A DNA stretch of 64,000 nt from Okamejei kenojei (Eukaryota): positions 22,692,001 to 22,756,000 of the forward strand of contig CM069163.1 of the NCBI GenBank assembly GCA_035221665.1, in the 5' to 3' direction. The translations under genes and the position numbers were made by a program. Under the pieces are notes generated by a model. It was not told the origin of the DNA. It saw nothing but the letters and a program-made list of their open reading frames with translations, and did no database searches. Positions 37,629 through 49,934 of this stretch are shown one piece after another. The first letter of the stretch is position 1. Every line of letters begins with the position of its first letter.

Positions 37629-38630
37629 TGATCACTTGCTTGTGTGCTAAGGGCAATTCACAATTAATCTACGACCCTTTCCATTTTTTGGGATGTGGAA
37701 GCAAAACAGAGAACTCAGAGGATACCCATAAAATCATAGAGAGAATGTGCAAACTTAACACAGATGCACAGGTGGTCAAAATAGAACCTGGGTTCCTGGA
37801 ACTGTGCTAGCTGCACCACTGGTGATGGTGGTAATACAAAGCCTGGTGTCACTCGCGTTTGTGACAGTGTTGCAAAACATTGGTGACCTGGTGAGAATTT
37901 TCTTTTTTGCGTAGAATGAATACTGAGTTATTGAAAGTGACCCTTGTTTCCATGGAAGTTGATTATTGTCTCGGTGGGTTGGGGGGGGGGGGGGCGGGGT
38001 ATGGAGGTAGAAGGTGAGCACAGTGGAGAACTAGTGGTTGTTGTACTGTGTGAGGCCGACCCATTTTTATGCATTTGTGAAGTAGGTTACTGATATTGGC
38101 GATTAGAATGATCATGTGTACTCAATTGAGATCCAAAGGCCGAAACAGGGTCTGATTCTGTGCTGCATATTATGTTGTGGTAATTCACCAGATTTTGTTT
38201 GTCTAGTAACCTCGATATTTTGCAGCTGATGGATGGTTTATCATTCTCTTGGTGAGCTGTAGCAGTATTGAGTAGTAGATGTGGTGGTATTGACATTGTG
38301 GTAGTGTTCTGCAGGATGAATACACGGATCCTTCCATCAGTGGCTCTCTTTGCTTGAGATGTTGTAAAGTGTTCGTTCTCTATTTTGGAGTTTCTTCTTG
38401 GCTTTTCGTCAGGTGAGATCTTGAGTGTTCGGGTGCTGGATTTTTATGGTGATGAATTCCCTAAATGTTTTATCAATCATCCATACATTAGGTTACAGTA
38501 TTAGAAAATGTATACTATGAAGAGTTTGAAATCCATCAATAGTTCTGACAATGCCATGATTTAAAGCTACTCACAAAACATTCCATATTGAATAATTTAT
38601 TGTAACTTGAAGAAGCTTGCTCTGGTTCTA

Positions 38631-38728
38631 GGGTTACACAAAAAGCTGGAGAAACTCAGCGGGTGCAGCAGCATCTAAGGAGCGAAGGAGATAGGCGACG
38701 TTTCGGGTCGAGACCCTTCTTCAGACTC
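38631..38728 (-). mobile_element. Short Penelope-derived insertion
   Basis: Perfect 13-bp TSD TGCTCTGGTTCTA (38618-38630 / 38729-38741). Confidence 0.88.
38695..38726 (-). ncRNA. Minimal type I hammerhead ribozyme motif (Penelope type)
   Basis: GU-CUGAAGA-A-GGGU(CUCG)ACCC-GAAA-CG-UC-GC: intact core, stem II, palindromic ACGU stem III. Confidence 0.75.
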
Positions 38729-38897
38729 TGCTCTGGTTCTATATGTTTTAAAGTCAATGACATGGGGGGGGGGGGATGCTTTGATTACAGGGATGGAGTT
38801 GACTATTAGTTTAAATGTTTGAGATGGCTTTTTAATGTTGTCTTCACCTATTTCTAAAATCATTTTTTAATATGTATTTTTATGCCTGTAACAGAAA

Positions 38898-38971
38898 ATG
38901 GATTCCACTGGAGTAAAGATTCTAGATTCAGCAGATGACATCCAAGAAAGACGTCACCAGGTGCTAGATAG
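38898..38971 (+). CDS. SPTAN1: SPTAN1 first coding exon (exon starts 38895, ATG 38898)
   Basis: aacAG|AAAATG; GTatga donor; MDSTGVKILDSADDIQERRHQVLDR matches the alpha-II spectrin N-terminus. Confidence 0.95.
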
Positions 38972-39825
38972 GTATGAGCTTTTAATTGAGACATATGCAG
39001 GAGAAGCTGGAACCTGGAGGGAAAAAAATGTATGTTCATTACCTTGTGGAATTTATATAGAACAATAGAAGTTGTAATAGTGGCAGCTTGATGTCCGACA
39101 AAGGCATTTCTCATCTGCATGAGTAAGGTCTAGACTAAAATGGTATGCAGGTTCTTGTACCGAACGACTTGGCCAAATTTGACCTATCTGACCTACCAGA
39201 ATTGCATTCAGTGACCTGCTGGATATCTACAAGTGAATTTTCATTTATTTGCTTTTGTTAATTTCAGATGGAGTCAGTTTGGAGGTCACAGTAACGTACA
39301 TGGGACAATTTGGGGCCATTAACCTTTGCACAGGAGGGATATAGTTATACAGGCTATGTAAAATTTCATTCCCAGAGAAGGGTGCAGTGCATAAGGTCAT
39401 ATTGCTAGCACATAATATTGTGATGTGATTGCTTTCATACACCTGCTTACCGGCCTGTGATATGTAGCAAAGTGTAGAAGCCAGAAGGTCTGAGATGAAT
39501 GCTGGTCGCTGGACTAACTTTTTTTTAAAGCTGCATTTTTGCTCGGCCCCATGTTTATTTCAGTGGATGAGCACTTGTTTTAAACAGCCACCAATAAGTC
39601 TCGAGAATACTTGATCTGGTATCAGGTCAGATGCCTTCTAAGTGTTTGAGACGTGAGATATTTGTACTTTTGTTCTTTGGTATGCCTGTTTTACAGGCTG
39701 TGATTTTCTGATTTGTTTGCTCTCATCTTAGACTAGTTCTCACAATTTTTAATTTTACTTGGGTGTATCTGGGTGAGGGAATAATCAAGGGCCCCAATTC
39801 AAGTTACTCTGTTTTTGTGTGCTAG

Positions 39826-39988
39826 GTACCAGCGGTTCAAGGAACTTTCTGTTTTGAGAAGGCAGAAGCTAGAAGATTCTTTCAGTTTTCAGTGTTTCCG
39901 CCGTGATGCAGATGAATTGGAGAAATGGATTCAAGAGAAACTTCAAATTGCATCTGATGAAAATTATAAGGATCCTAGCAATCTGCAG
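39826..39988 (+). CDS. SPTAN1: SPTAN1 coding exon
   Basis: gctAG/GTgctt; 163 nt; YQRFKELSVLRRQKLEDSFSFQCFRRDADELEKWIQEKLQIASDENYKDPSNLQ. Confidence 0.96.
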
Positions 39989-40189
39989 GTGCTTGATATT
40001 TCAGACTTTTTGAGAGTTTTAGCTCTATGAAAGTATTGTTTTGCATCTTGTTCATTCCAGTAGCAGTAGATCTTTATATCAATTTGACATTTTTTAGAAT
40101 GAAATTTTCAGCGAACAAAGTAACTTTGATACTTTGATATATGCAGTTTTATGTACAAGGAACTTGCTTTGCATGAACTCTGTGTGCAT

Positions 40190-40810
40190 CTGGTGATTAG
40201 TGGTATTCCACAGGGGTCAGTGTTGGGTCTGCTACTTTTCAACTTTTCATGTTGTATATCAATGATTTGGCTGATGGAATTGATGACTGTGGTCAAGTTT
40301 GCGGATAATACGAAGATTGGAAAGGCTGGTAGCGTAGAGAAAGCAGGGAATCTGCAGAAGGGTCTGGGAGAATGGGCAAAGAATGGCAGATGGAATGGAG
40401 TGTGGTCATGAATTCTGGTAATATGAATAAAGGCTTAGACTATTTTCTAAATAGGGAAAAGATTCAGAAATCGGAGATGCAAGGGGACTTGGGAGTGTTG
40501 GTGCAAGATTCCCCAAAAATTAATTTGGAAGTTGAATCAGTAGTAAGGAAGGCAAATGCAATGTTAGCATTCATTTAGAGAGGACGAGAATATAAAATCA
40601 GGGATGTAATGCTGGGAGTTTATAAGCATTGGTCAGACTGCATTTAGAGTATTGTGAGCAGTTTTGGGCCGCATATCTGAGGAAGATGTGCTGGCATTCG
40701 AAAGAGTTCAGAGGAGGTTTACAAGAATGATCCCAGTGATGAGCGTTTGATGGCTCTGGGACTACTCGCTGGGGTTTAGAAGGACAAAGGGGGATCTCAG
40801 TGAAACTTGG
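40190..40810 (+). mobile_element. Degenerate CR1 LINE RT fragment
   Basis: SGIPQGSVLGLLLF, KFADNTKIG, QGDLGVLVQDS, RLHLEYCEQFW. Confidence 0.85.
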
Positions 40811-41150
40811 GGAAATTAAAAATACAGAAAATCAAACTTAAACATATTTGAGGCATGGTAAAGTCAGACATGGTTTTTTTTAAAAACTTTCATTCCCTCA
40901 ATGGAAAAAAATGTTGGGAGCTATTTCTAAATGTTCTGCTGCAAAAACATGTGTTTCACTATAATTGGAGCTGCAATACAAGTGCTTGCAATATCCTCAG
41001 TTTTATGACTTTTGGTAACACCTGCATAAATGAAGATTGTCCTTGCAGGTAAGGATGATGCTTGTGCCATAGAATTATTGCCAAGCATGAGTTAGTGCCA
41101 TCACTAAAGGGAATAGGAAAATGATGGTGTTTTGTTTTTATCTTTGGCAG

Positions 41151-41276
41151 GGTAAGCTGCAGAAACATCAGGCATTTGAGGCTGAAGTGCAAGCTAATGC
41201 TGCTGCCATCATCAAACTTGATGAATTTGGTAACAAGATGATTACAAATGACCATTTTGCCACAGAAATTATTCGA
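41151..41276 (+). CDS. SPTAN1: SPTAN1 coding exon
   Basis: ggcAG/GTaagt; 126 nt; GKLQKHQAFEAEVQANAAAIIKLDEFGNKMITNDHFATEIIR. Confidence 0.96.
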
Positions 41277-43134
41277 GTAAGTGGGTTTTCTGTTGTATGG
41301 TTTCATGTTTTTGTATTGTTAATTAGAAATGTAATTTTTATTGTTAATCTTTAGTCTTTCACGCCCTACCGGACTACACAACGGCCTATTGTAACCACAG
41401 TACACATTGGTACTCACATGGAAGTAGGTGCCCCTTGCTGTGTAGTGCAGTGTTTATGCTTTGAATTTCCTCTCTTGAGTTGAAAATGTCAAGATTTTAC
41501 TTTGACTTTATTATTGGCAGTCCTTTTAAAATAGTTCATATTGAATTTCTGATCTGAGCCTCGGTGTCACTTTGTAATTGGCTGTGAAAATTTTAATAAT
41601 AAAGTTGAATTGCCTCGTAGTACTATCCAAGCTTAGTTCAAAAGTGAAACGTGCTGGTACTGCATAATTTTCAATATTGTGGTTCTCTTCCATCATTGTA
41701 TTTAACTAAATGCCTTTCCTGCAACTTTGAGGGTAGGAAGCAGCTTGTGGAGTATCTTCTGACAGGAAATAAAAGAGCAGAACATTATTTGTGATAACCC
41801 CATCTGTACAAGTAGAACGTTGCTTATCAATTTAAAACCATATTATTCATGGTGGGGATAGTTGTTTGGAAACTGCAAGCATAAGGAATGTTATCTTGCA
41901 TTTGAAGTGTATTGACTACTTTTGGCATCTTTGCATGTGTAAAATTACACTCAAACGATTAGCTTTGGTTTAAAATGGTTTACTTCATCTTTATAGTTTT
42001 AGCTTATCCAATCTAGTTGGGATCCACTTAAATTCACAACATTTCTCTTCTGCCTGTTGTATAGCTGCAAAATGGGGAAAATTCTATTATGACTTTAAAT
42101 TCTAGTTTTTAATTTTTTTTAAGCCCAAACAGTTAACATTACTTTTTCTTCAAGTAATATTCACATTTTTTTTGTTTTCATGTGGTATAATATAATGGTG
42201 TTTTAAAAAAAAATTGTATACAGTTCAAGGTTTTCCAAAAGTGTTTGCTGATTGAAACAGTCATAATTGCAAATGGAAGCTCTGAGAGCCTTTATAGACG
42301 AGAGGCTTGAACATCTGTCTGTCTTATAAATGGGGTCTCTTGCCACAATCAGCTTTTTTTGCTGAATATTACCCACATTTTTTTTTTTTTGGTTATGATT
42401 CTGGTGGATTTTCATTTAAAGTCAGAAGGGGCCAATAATATATACTATAAATTGCAGTAATTTTCACATTTTAATCTTTGCGGGAAAAATTGTGATTAAT
42501 CATCTAGTTTTGTGATTTTTGTCATTCATACCTTATAAACTTTCTACTTCCCAAAATAAGAGCGAGTCCAATGCTTTCAGAGTGGCACAATTGGTCTTCT
42601 GGTTTGAGCATTTTGCATTGGTTAGATCGATCTTTCCTTTTTTCTGCCATTTAATTTCCTGAAATTATATTTATGGTAAAATAGTAATACACGATTAACC
42701 AAAATGGGTGTCAAAGCTTCTTGTTTGATCACCTTTATTTTTGAATGTGTGTGTGTGGCACTCATAAGGAAAATATAATACAAAGTTGAGAATATAATAT
42801 CCAGTTTGAAATCTGTGGTGTGGTTGCAGGAAGCCTTTGTTGTTATTTTATCAACAGAAACAGCTGTCAGAGGTTGTTTCCATGTTTTGTTCTACTTCCT
42901 TTGAAATGATGCTGTTGTTATAGAACTTGATCAAGGTAAAGCTCTTGAAGGTAATCTATCACTACTTACCTGTAAGAAAACAGCTGCAGTATTATGTGGG
43001 ACACCAGTTTGTACAGAAACGTTAATTGTAGAATTGTGATGTGATGACATTCAAAAACCTAACACCATTTGCCTTAATTCTGTTTACAAAAAAAAGCTGA
43101 TTTTCTTTGATCAGTTTAATTTCTGTCTTTCAAG

Positions 43135-43275
43135 ACACGACTAGAGGAGCTTCATCAACTATGGGCACGCCTGCTGGAGAAAATGAGGGAGAAGGGGATT
43201 CGACTTCTGCAGACGCAGAAGCTGGTGCAGTATCAGCGAGAGTGTGATGATGTCATGGACTGGATCAATGATAAG
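43135..43275 (+). CDS. SPTAN1: SPTAN1 coding exon
   Basis: tcaAG/GTcagt; 141 nt; TRLEELHQLWARLLEKMREKGIRLLQTQKLVQYQRECDDVMDWINDK. Confidence 0.96.
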
Positions 43276-44013
43276 GTCAGTAGTTTGTTTTGGTGATAAG
43301 AATTGCTATATCCAGTTACACAGCAGGGGAAAACGTGCAGTTGAATTAGATTAAAAGTGGCCTTTGCATAGTCAATGAGAGCATCATGTTCCATCATACA
43401 CTGCAACGCCAGCTTCTCCATGTTAGAAAGATATGCCCGTACAAAAAGCTGCATGTTCTTAAATGGTCTTATTACCGATGGAGAGGTCAATAATTCACGT
43501 TAACCATTAAACCCATGTGAGAGTCAGTAGATGAGAGGAGAGTTTATAGCAATCAACGTTGGAAAAATAATATTCACCCAATCATGTCTCTGCTAACCTT
43601 TCGAATAAGCAGTTCATAACTCTGTCACAAAAGCCTACTGACTTTTGTTTCGTATTTGAAATTGTGCTTTGTTTATTATAATGCAACATTGTGTACTTGA
43701 ATCGTAATATCATCAATGCCCTGGAGTTTCACAAGTTTTATTTTGGGGGGGATCTAAGATCATTTCCATGTGGCACAACAGATAATCTGCCTGAAATGAA
43801 GTTCTGAGCCTTAATGTCGGGAAAGATGCTGTTGATTTAAAAAAAAAATTGAGAAATAGGTCTTATTTTTAATTTGGTTCAAAGCCATTTGATGAGTTTC
43901 TCTTTTTGTGGTGCATAATTTCATTGATTAACATGTGTAAAATATTTTACATTGTACTTTGTTTCTTTGTATTTCAAAATCATACTTAAGCTAATTAAAG
44001 TTCCAACTTTTAG

Positions 44014-44160
44014 GAGGCTTTTGTGACATCAGAGGAAGTTGGCCAGGATTTGGAGCATGTGGAGGTTTTGCAGAAGAAATTTGAGGAATTCCAGACTGAC
44101 CTTGCAGCTCACGAGGAGCGTGTTAATGAAGTCAATCAACTTGCTGGAAAACTGGAGCAG
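44014..44160 (+). CDS. SPTAN1: SPTAN1 coding exon
   Basis: tttAG/GTttga; 147 nt; EAFVTSEEVGQDLEHVEVLQKKFEEFQTDLAAHEERVNEVNQLAGKLEQ. Confidence 0.96.
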
Positions 44161-45010
44161 GTTTGAGAAAGCTTTTTAAGTTAAGAATGGGTTAGCTATT
44201 TATCCACAATTATGTTCTGAAGCTAAATTTGCACTGCATTTTTGCATTAAATTGGGAATTGTTCGTCAGCAAGACAGAGTGGGCAGTTTGCACAGCAGAT
44301 ATAACACTGCTAAAATTGGGGTTATAACATTTTCAGAACATTTATAAGGCCCCTGTCAGCGAGCTTATATGGGCTGTGATGTGGATGAGCATGCAAATAC
44401 GTTTGTTATTTATGGGTGTGGTGGAGGGGAAATACCAGCTGCTGTTTACTGAATTACAGCCAGGCAGCTGCAATTCAGGATGTAAGAAAACGGGATGTAG
44501 AAAAACACTGAATTCCAATTACCTAATTTTTGTGAAGCAATTGTCCATTCCACAATATCTCTTGTATTCTTCCAAGAAATTCTTCCGAAGCTCATCTAAT
44601 TTGCTTATATTTATTTACTTGCCCATAAGGAGATACTACTTGTTCGTGGGCAATGTTTTAATTGATATTTTTAATGCAACTGTACACTCAATTGCACTGT
44701 TGCATTTGTGTAACAATATGAAATGTTTAAATGCAATTATAATTTTATAATTGCATTTTGCATCTTAATACATTTTCAAATTGATGGATTTAATAATATT
44801 AAATTTAATTGAAATCTCAAGGAAAATATCTGTTCAATTATCTGCAGCTAAATGTTTTTATTCAACTCTTCTCAAGTCCTCTTTTAAAATTCTGCCTCAT
44901 TACGTTTGGATGATAACATATACACTGAGTATTTCTGGTGTGTTTCCTGAGGAAAGTAATGTAAATACGTTAATTGTGGAGAGAAACCTGTTGCTATCAT
45001 CTTTCTGCAG

Positions 45011-45144
45011 GAGAATCATCCAGAGCTGACACTTATCACCCATCGTCAGGATGAGGTCAATGTTGCCTGGCAACGACTCAAGGGCCTGGTACTACAACGG
45101 CAAGGAAAACTTTTTGGAGCTGCAGAAGTACAGCGTTTTAACAG
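45011..45144 (+). CDS. SPTAN1: SPTAN1 coding exon ending at a non-canonical GC donor
   Basis: tgcAG acceptor; 134 nt; [45 protein letters not shown]; donor AG|GCgagt. Confidence 0.93.
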
Positions 45145-45609
45145 GCGAGTCAACTGTTACAATCACGTTTGAGAAAATAATAAAAGCCTCCTGAATAGCG
45201 AGAAGGATATCCCGGATTCCAGTACTTGGTAATCTGCTTTAAGGAAACTGCAAATGCCATATTTAATCCCAATCAGTTCAATTTTCACCAAATTATTGTT
45301 TAAAACTCTGCAGGAAGCTAAATAGTTCCTTTTTGCGGGTTTGGGGGAATAAAAACGTTGTAATTTAGCCTTTAATTGAGTAGCGCTTACGTGTTATTTC
45401 AAGTTGGATGCAAAATAAACAAGAACCCTCTTTTCAACACTTTAATTCTTTTGTATCGTATGAAAAATAATTTCCACTAATATACTTTTAAAACCATTTT
45501 CATCGTAAAAAAAACATTGAATTAAAGCAAAGGAGAGTTAGAAAGTGTTTGTGTGTTAAATTAGTGTTGCAGCTTCAACTTCTGAATAAATGCTTATTAC
45601 AAATTACAG

Positions 45610-45754
45610 AGATGTGAATGAAACCATCAGTTGGATTAAAGAGAAAGAACAGCTAATGGCTTCGGATGATTTTGGACGTGACCTGGCCAGTGTGCAAACG
45701 CTTCTTCGTAAGCATGAAGGCTTGGAGAGAGATCTAGCAGCTCTGGAGGATAAG
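45610..45754 (+). CDS. SPTAN1: SPTAN1 coding exon
   Basis: tacAG/GTaatg; 145 nt; DVNETISWIKEKEQLMASDDFGRDLASVQTLLRKHEGLERDLAALEDK. Confidence 0.96.
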
Positions 45755-46180
45755 GTAATGCTAGAAATCTGATGGCTAGAAATCTACAATTTATTGATGT
45801 GTTTTTAAAATGTAGTTTTGGTTTCTGTATGATAATCAAGTGCTATTTGCACTAAATAAATAATAAGCTTTTAAATAAATTCATGTGGTTTAGCTACTGG
45901 AAGGAACTCAACTTGTTTATATGGGTGCTGAGGACCTATGGTGACTGAAATCTGACATTGTAATGTTACAGATTTAATAATACTATTTATTCATTCCTAG
46001 CACTATAAGCGTCAGATTATAAATGAAAAAAAATCATTCCATTTGGCATGGAGAACAGTTATTCAATTCTTAAATATTTAAAGTAATGAAAAGATAACTG
46101 CAGCTAAAATTATTTGGCTCATAATTCATTTCTCAAACATGAGATATTATTGATATTAACTCTTTCTTTTTGTTTTGCAG

Positions 46181-46335
46181 GTGAAGGCACTCACTTCTGA
46201 GGCAGATCGCCTGCAACAGTCACACCCACAGAACGCAGCCCAGATTCAGGTCAAACAAGAAGAGCTTATTCAAAATTGGGAGCGAATCCGCACCTTGGCA
46301 GCGCAAAGGCATACCCGTCTGGATGATTCATACAG
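46181..46335 (+). CDS. SPTAN1: SPTAN1 coding exon
   Basis: tgcAG/GTaaaa; 155 nt; VKALTSEADRLQQSHPQNAAQIQVKQEELIQNWERIRTLAAQRHTRLDDSYR. Confidence 0.96.
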
Positions 46336-47149
46336 GTAAAAGTGCCAGTGAGAAGGCCAAATAGTTACACTGGGACCTCAAGAAAGTGAAAAGGGAATTT
46401 GCTTTCTATTTAGCCAGTATTAGTATTCTAATACAGGACATATCTTGCAAACCTTTTATTGAAGTAACCATAAATAGGGCTTTTGATTTCAAAATCTATG
46501 TTTCATGTTGACTTGACAAAGTGACTTAAATTTTGCCTTGAAGCAATGAATTAGTTTCTCTCATATGATTAACAGAGCCGCACTGGCTTGGGTATGTTTA
46601 CTGCTGAAACCTATTTGTCCCCTAAACCTGAACATTTCAAAGTGCTCCAAGCTAGCCTCCCATCTTCCAGTCTGTGACTCATTCAAAGTTTTGTTGCTTT
46701 TAGCCAGGTCTGCATCGTCACACTATTTTGTTTTTTCTATGTTGCCCAATATCAAGGTTTGTTCTCGTGTTTTCTCCTCTTTACTCAAATCTTGCCCTGA
46801 TTTCTTGTCATTTTGTGAGCTACAATTCTGGTCTCCTTTTATTCCCACTCCTATTGTTAGCAGCTGCCCTCTAGCTGTGGAGCTCCTTCACCTGGAACAC
46901 ATCCCTAAGTCCCTGCCCCTCATATTCTTATCTTTTCAGTTTGCCTTGTTCTTTGTCTTCATATTTCCTTCCTCGCTTAGAATTATCTGGCCTTTTCTTT
47001 GAATGCCAGTCTTGACTATGGGATTAAGCAGAATAGCTACAGTGCTTGAAGTGTTTAATTATCTGGTTTTGTAGTAAAGTGTTCTGTGATGGTTGGAGAA
47101 TTGTTCATGAAAGTGACCATCGTTTGAGACAATGTTACATTTTTCCTAG

Positions 47150-47285
47150 GCTGCAACGTTTCCTAGCAGATTTCCGTGACCTGACAAGCTGGGTGACTGA
47201 AATGAAGGCGCTCATCAGTGCTGACGAATTGGCGAATGACGTGGCTGGAGCAGAGGCATTGCTTGATAGACATCAGGAGCATAAG
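47150..47285 (+). CDS. SPTAN1: SPTAN1 coding exon
   Basis: cctAG/GTgatt; 136 nt; [45 protein letters not shown]. Confidence 0.96.
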
Positions 47286-47837
47286 GTGATTCTAGTCTTA
47301 TATCATTGTAAATGTGTAGGCTCACTTGTTAAGGGATGTGAAAAGTCCACTAAATGCATAGTCAAAATACTATGAAATATTTACCGAAAAAAATTACTGT
47401 AAGCAGGAAATTGTTGAGGAAGCACATATAATCATACTAATTGCCATCTCTACTAATTCACACAACATAAACATGCTTCTGCTGTATTCAGATACTCGTT
47501 TTTTGACGTGAATGTGATGCCTGATTTTTAATGGTTATATACTTGTTTATTCAAGTGTGAAACAGTCACGAATGGAGCTACTCTCAACTGGTATTATTCA
47601 TTAAGCTTGAAGATGAGCAGGCTGTTTCCAACTTTGATATATCTAGATCAATCAGGTTTTGTTTGATTATCGGATTATTTATTCACAAAATGCAGATGGA
47701 GAAATTCTGCATTACTAAAGACATCGCTGCCTAATTACAAATGAATATTATTGTAATAAACGAATAAAGCAGATTATAAAGATTTTAAAGACCTGAACAG
47801 AAATTAATGTAATATTTACATATCTGATATTTTCCAG

Positions 47838-47939
47838 GGTGAAATTGATGCTCATGAAGACAGTTTCAAGACAACAGATGAAGCGGGACAAGCCCTGCTT
47901 GCCGGTGAGCACTACGCATCTGATGAGGTCCGAGAGAAG
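47838..47939 (+). CDS. SPTAN1: SPTAN1 coding exon
   Basis: tccAG/GTacga; 102 nt; GEIDAHEDSFKTTDEAGQALLAGEHYASDEVREK. Confidence 0.96.
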
Positions 47940-48549
47940 GTACGATACTCCCGCATCAAAGCTGTCAATATTTTTTGCTGATAAGGAAATTGCAATGTTG
48001 TTCTTTTTGGAATTACATGAATCTTAATGATAATTATTCATTAGTTTTGTCAGCTGGTGCAATCCTTGGAAATTGTTCTCTTTTCAGAATAAGTGAAACC
48101 AACTAATTCCTGGGAATGCTTTTGTTTTACATTACCTTCCTGTGTGAAAATTCACAAGGAGAGCAATTTTCCTTTGATTGCGTATATTAACCATGTAATT
48201 TAGTAGAAGCTGAAGCGATTATGGTGACTAAATACAACATGAAAATTCTACTATGTTACCCTTCATGCAAATATTTGTTGATGAATTTGGACCCACATGG
48301 TCTTTTAGACCAGATAGACACAAAACATATATGGAATTGGTTATTATCGATTTTTTTTATACCCATATTTTACATGTTGAAGTACTCCCTCCATCTCCTG
48401 TACAACTAGGTGTAGATTGGATCTGTATACTGTCGTGATTGATTTCTTGCCGATTTGTTGTATCTTCACAAAGGAAAAAGCTCTTGCTTCTTCCTTTCTT
48501 TCTAATGATTCACTGTGATTCATATCTCAATTCTAACATCGAATCAAAG

Positions 48550-49620
48550 AGCTGTAAAGCATGAAACAGACCCTTCTACCCCATCTTGTCCATGCTGCGC
48601 AAGTTGGCGGACTGGGCGAGTCGCATTTGCCCATGGCCCTATAAACCCTTCCTATCCATATACCTATCCAAATGTCTTATAAAAGTCATGATTGTATTCA
48701 CGTCTCTAGCTTTCTCTGGCAGCTCATTCCAGATATGGATACCCTCTGAATGAAAATGTTGTCTCTGTTGTCCCTCATAAAACTCTCCCATCTCTCCTTA
48801 GGCATATGCCCTCTAATTATAGAATCCTCTATCCTGGGTAAGAGACTCTGAGCATTCACTTTATTCATGCCCCTCCTGACTCCTCAATAAGGGATGAGAG
48901 TTATATTTCACAAAGGAACTGCAGATATTGGCTTACAAAAAAAACACGTGTTGGAGTAATCCAGCATGGATAGGCAAAATTTCGGGTTGGGAACCCTTCT
49001 TCAGACTGATTGTAGTAAGGGGGAGAAAGCTGGTAAAGGGGAGGGAGTGGGGGGGTGGGATCAGGAGGATGCCTATGTAATAAGAGGAAACAGATAAGGA
49101 GTGGGTTTGATTGGCAGATGGGTAGACAAAGCCTAGAGAAGAAAAGGACACAAGAGTGTCAGATAATGTATGAGCAGGCATATTGTACCTGTCAAGCTGT
49201 GCAAATGTATCCACCTTAATGTGCCATAAAACTGCTATTGTTTCCTCGTTGATAATTTGTATTGGATCTTAGACATCACATTTCTATGCCTCCTACTCTA
49301 TAGTAAAATCGGATGCGAAATATTAATCTAATATCTCCCTCACCTCTTGTGCCTTGGCACAAAGATGACCATGCTGATCTTTAAAGCGAACAATTATTAC
49401 TCTAGCTCCCCGTTTATTCTTAATATACCTGTAGAATCTCTTGAGATTTTCCTTCACCTTGACTGCCAGCTCCGTTTCATGCCCTCTTTTTGCCCTCCTG
49501 GTTGCTTTCTTAAGTGTCCCACTATTCTAATGCAGAAGGATTTGCTTGATCTCAACTGCCTAAATCTGACGTGCTTCCTTTTTCTTCCTTGATCTCAAGT
49601 GCCTAAATCAGTCATATACT
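48550..49620 (-). mobile_element. Degenerate CR1 LINE with a Penelope terminal repeat nested at ~48910-49170
   Basis: CR1 3' UTR reverse complement (aaacagacccttc..catcttgtccatgctg) and ORF2 relics; nested aactgcagat..tttcgggttgggaacccttcttcagactga. Confidence 0.65.
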
Positions 49621-49796
49621 TCCTCCAAGCCTCAACATCTTGTCAACCAGTTGGGGGTTTTACCTTTCTGCATAACTGAAAATTGGATTTTTGGATATCT
49701 AAAATGTGTCTATTTCTGGTAATTCAAATAATCATAAGTGTATATAATTTTTCTGTTTGAATCTAATGATTATAAATGTCTTGATTTATTTCTTAG

Positions 49797-49934
49797 CTGG
49801 GAATTCTTGCTGAGGAGAAAGTTTCTCTTCTCGACCTGTGGGAGCTCCGTAGACACCAATATGAGCAATGCATGGATCTGCAGCTCTTCTACCGTGACAC
49901 TGAGCAGGTGGATAACTGGATGAGCAAACAGGAG
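49797..49934 (+). CDS. SPTAN1: SPTAN1 coding exon
   Basis: cttAG/GTaagt; 138 nt; LGILAEEKVSLLDLWELRRHQYEQCMDLQLFYRDTEQVDNWMSKQE. Confidence 0.96.

Noticed and set aside
46565-47002. 145-aa hydrophobic ORF
   Set aside because: Pyrimidine-rich intronic sequence, probably an old repeat relic; no domain and no place in the SPTAN1 reading frame.
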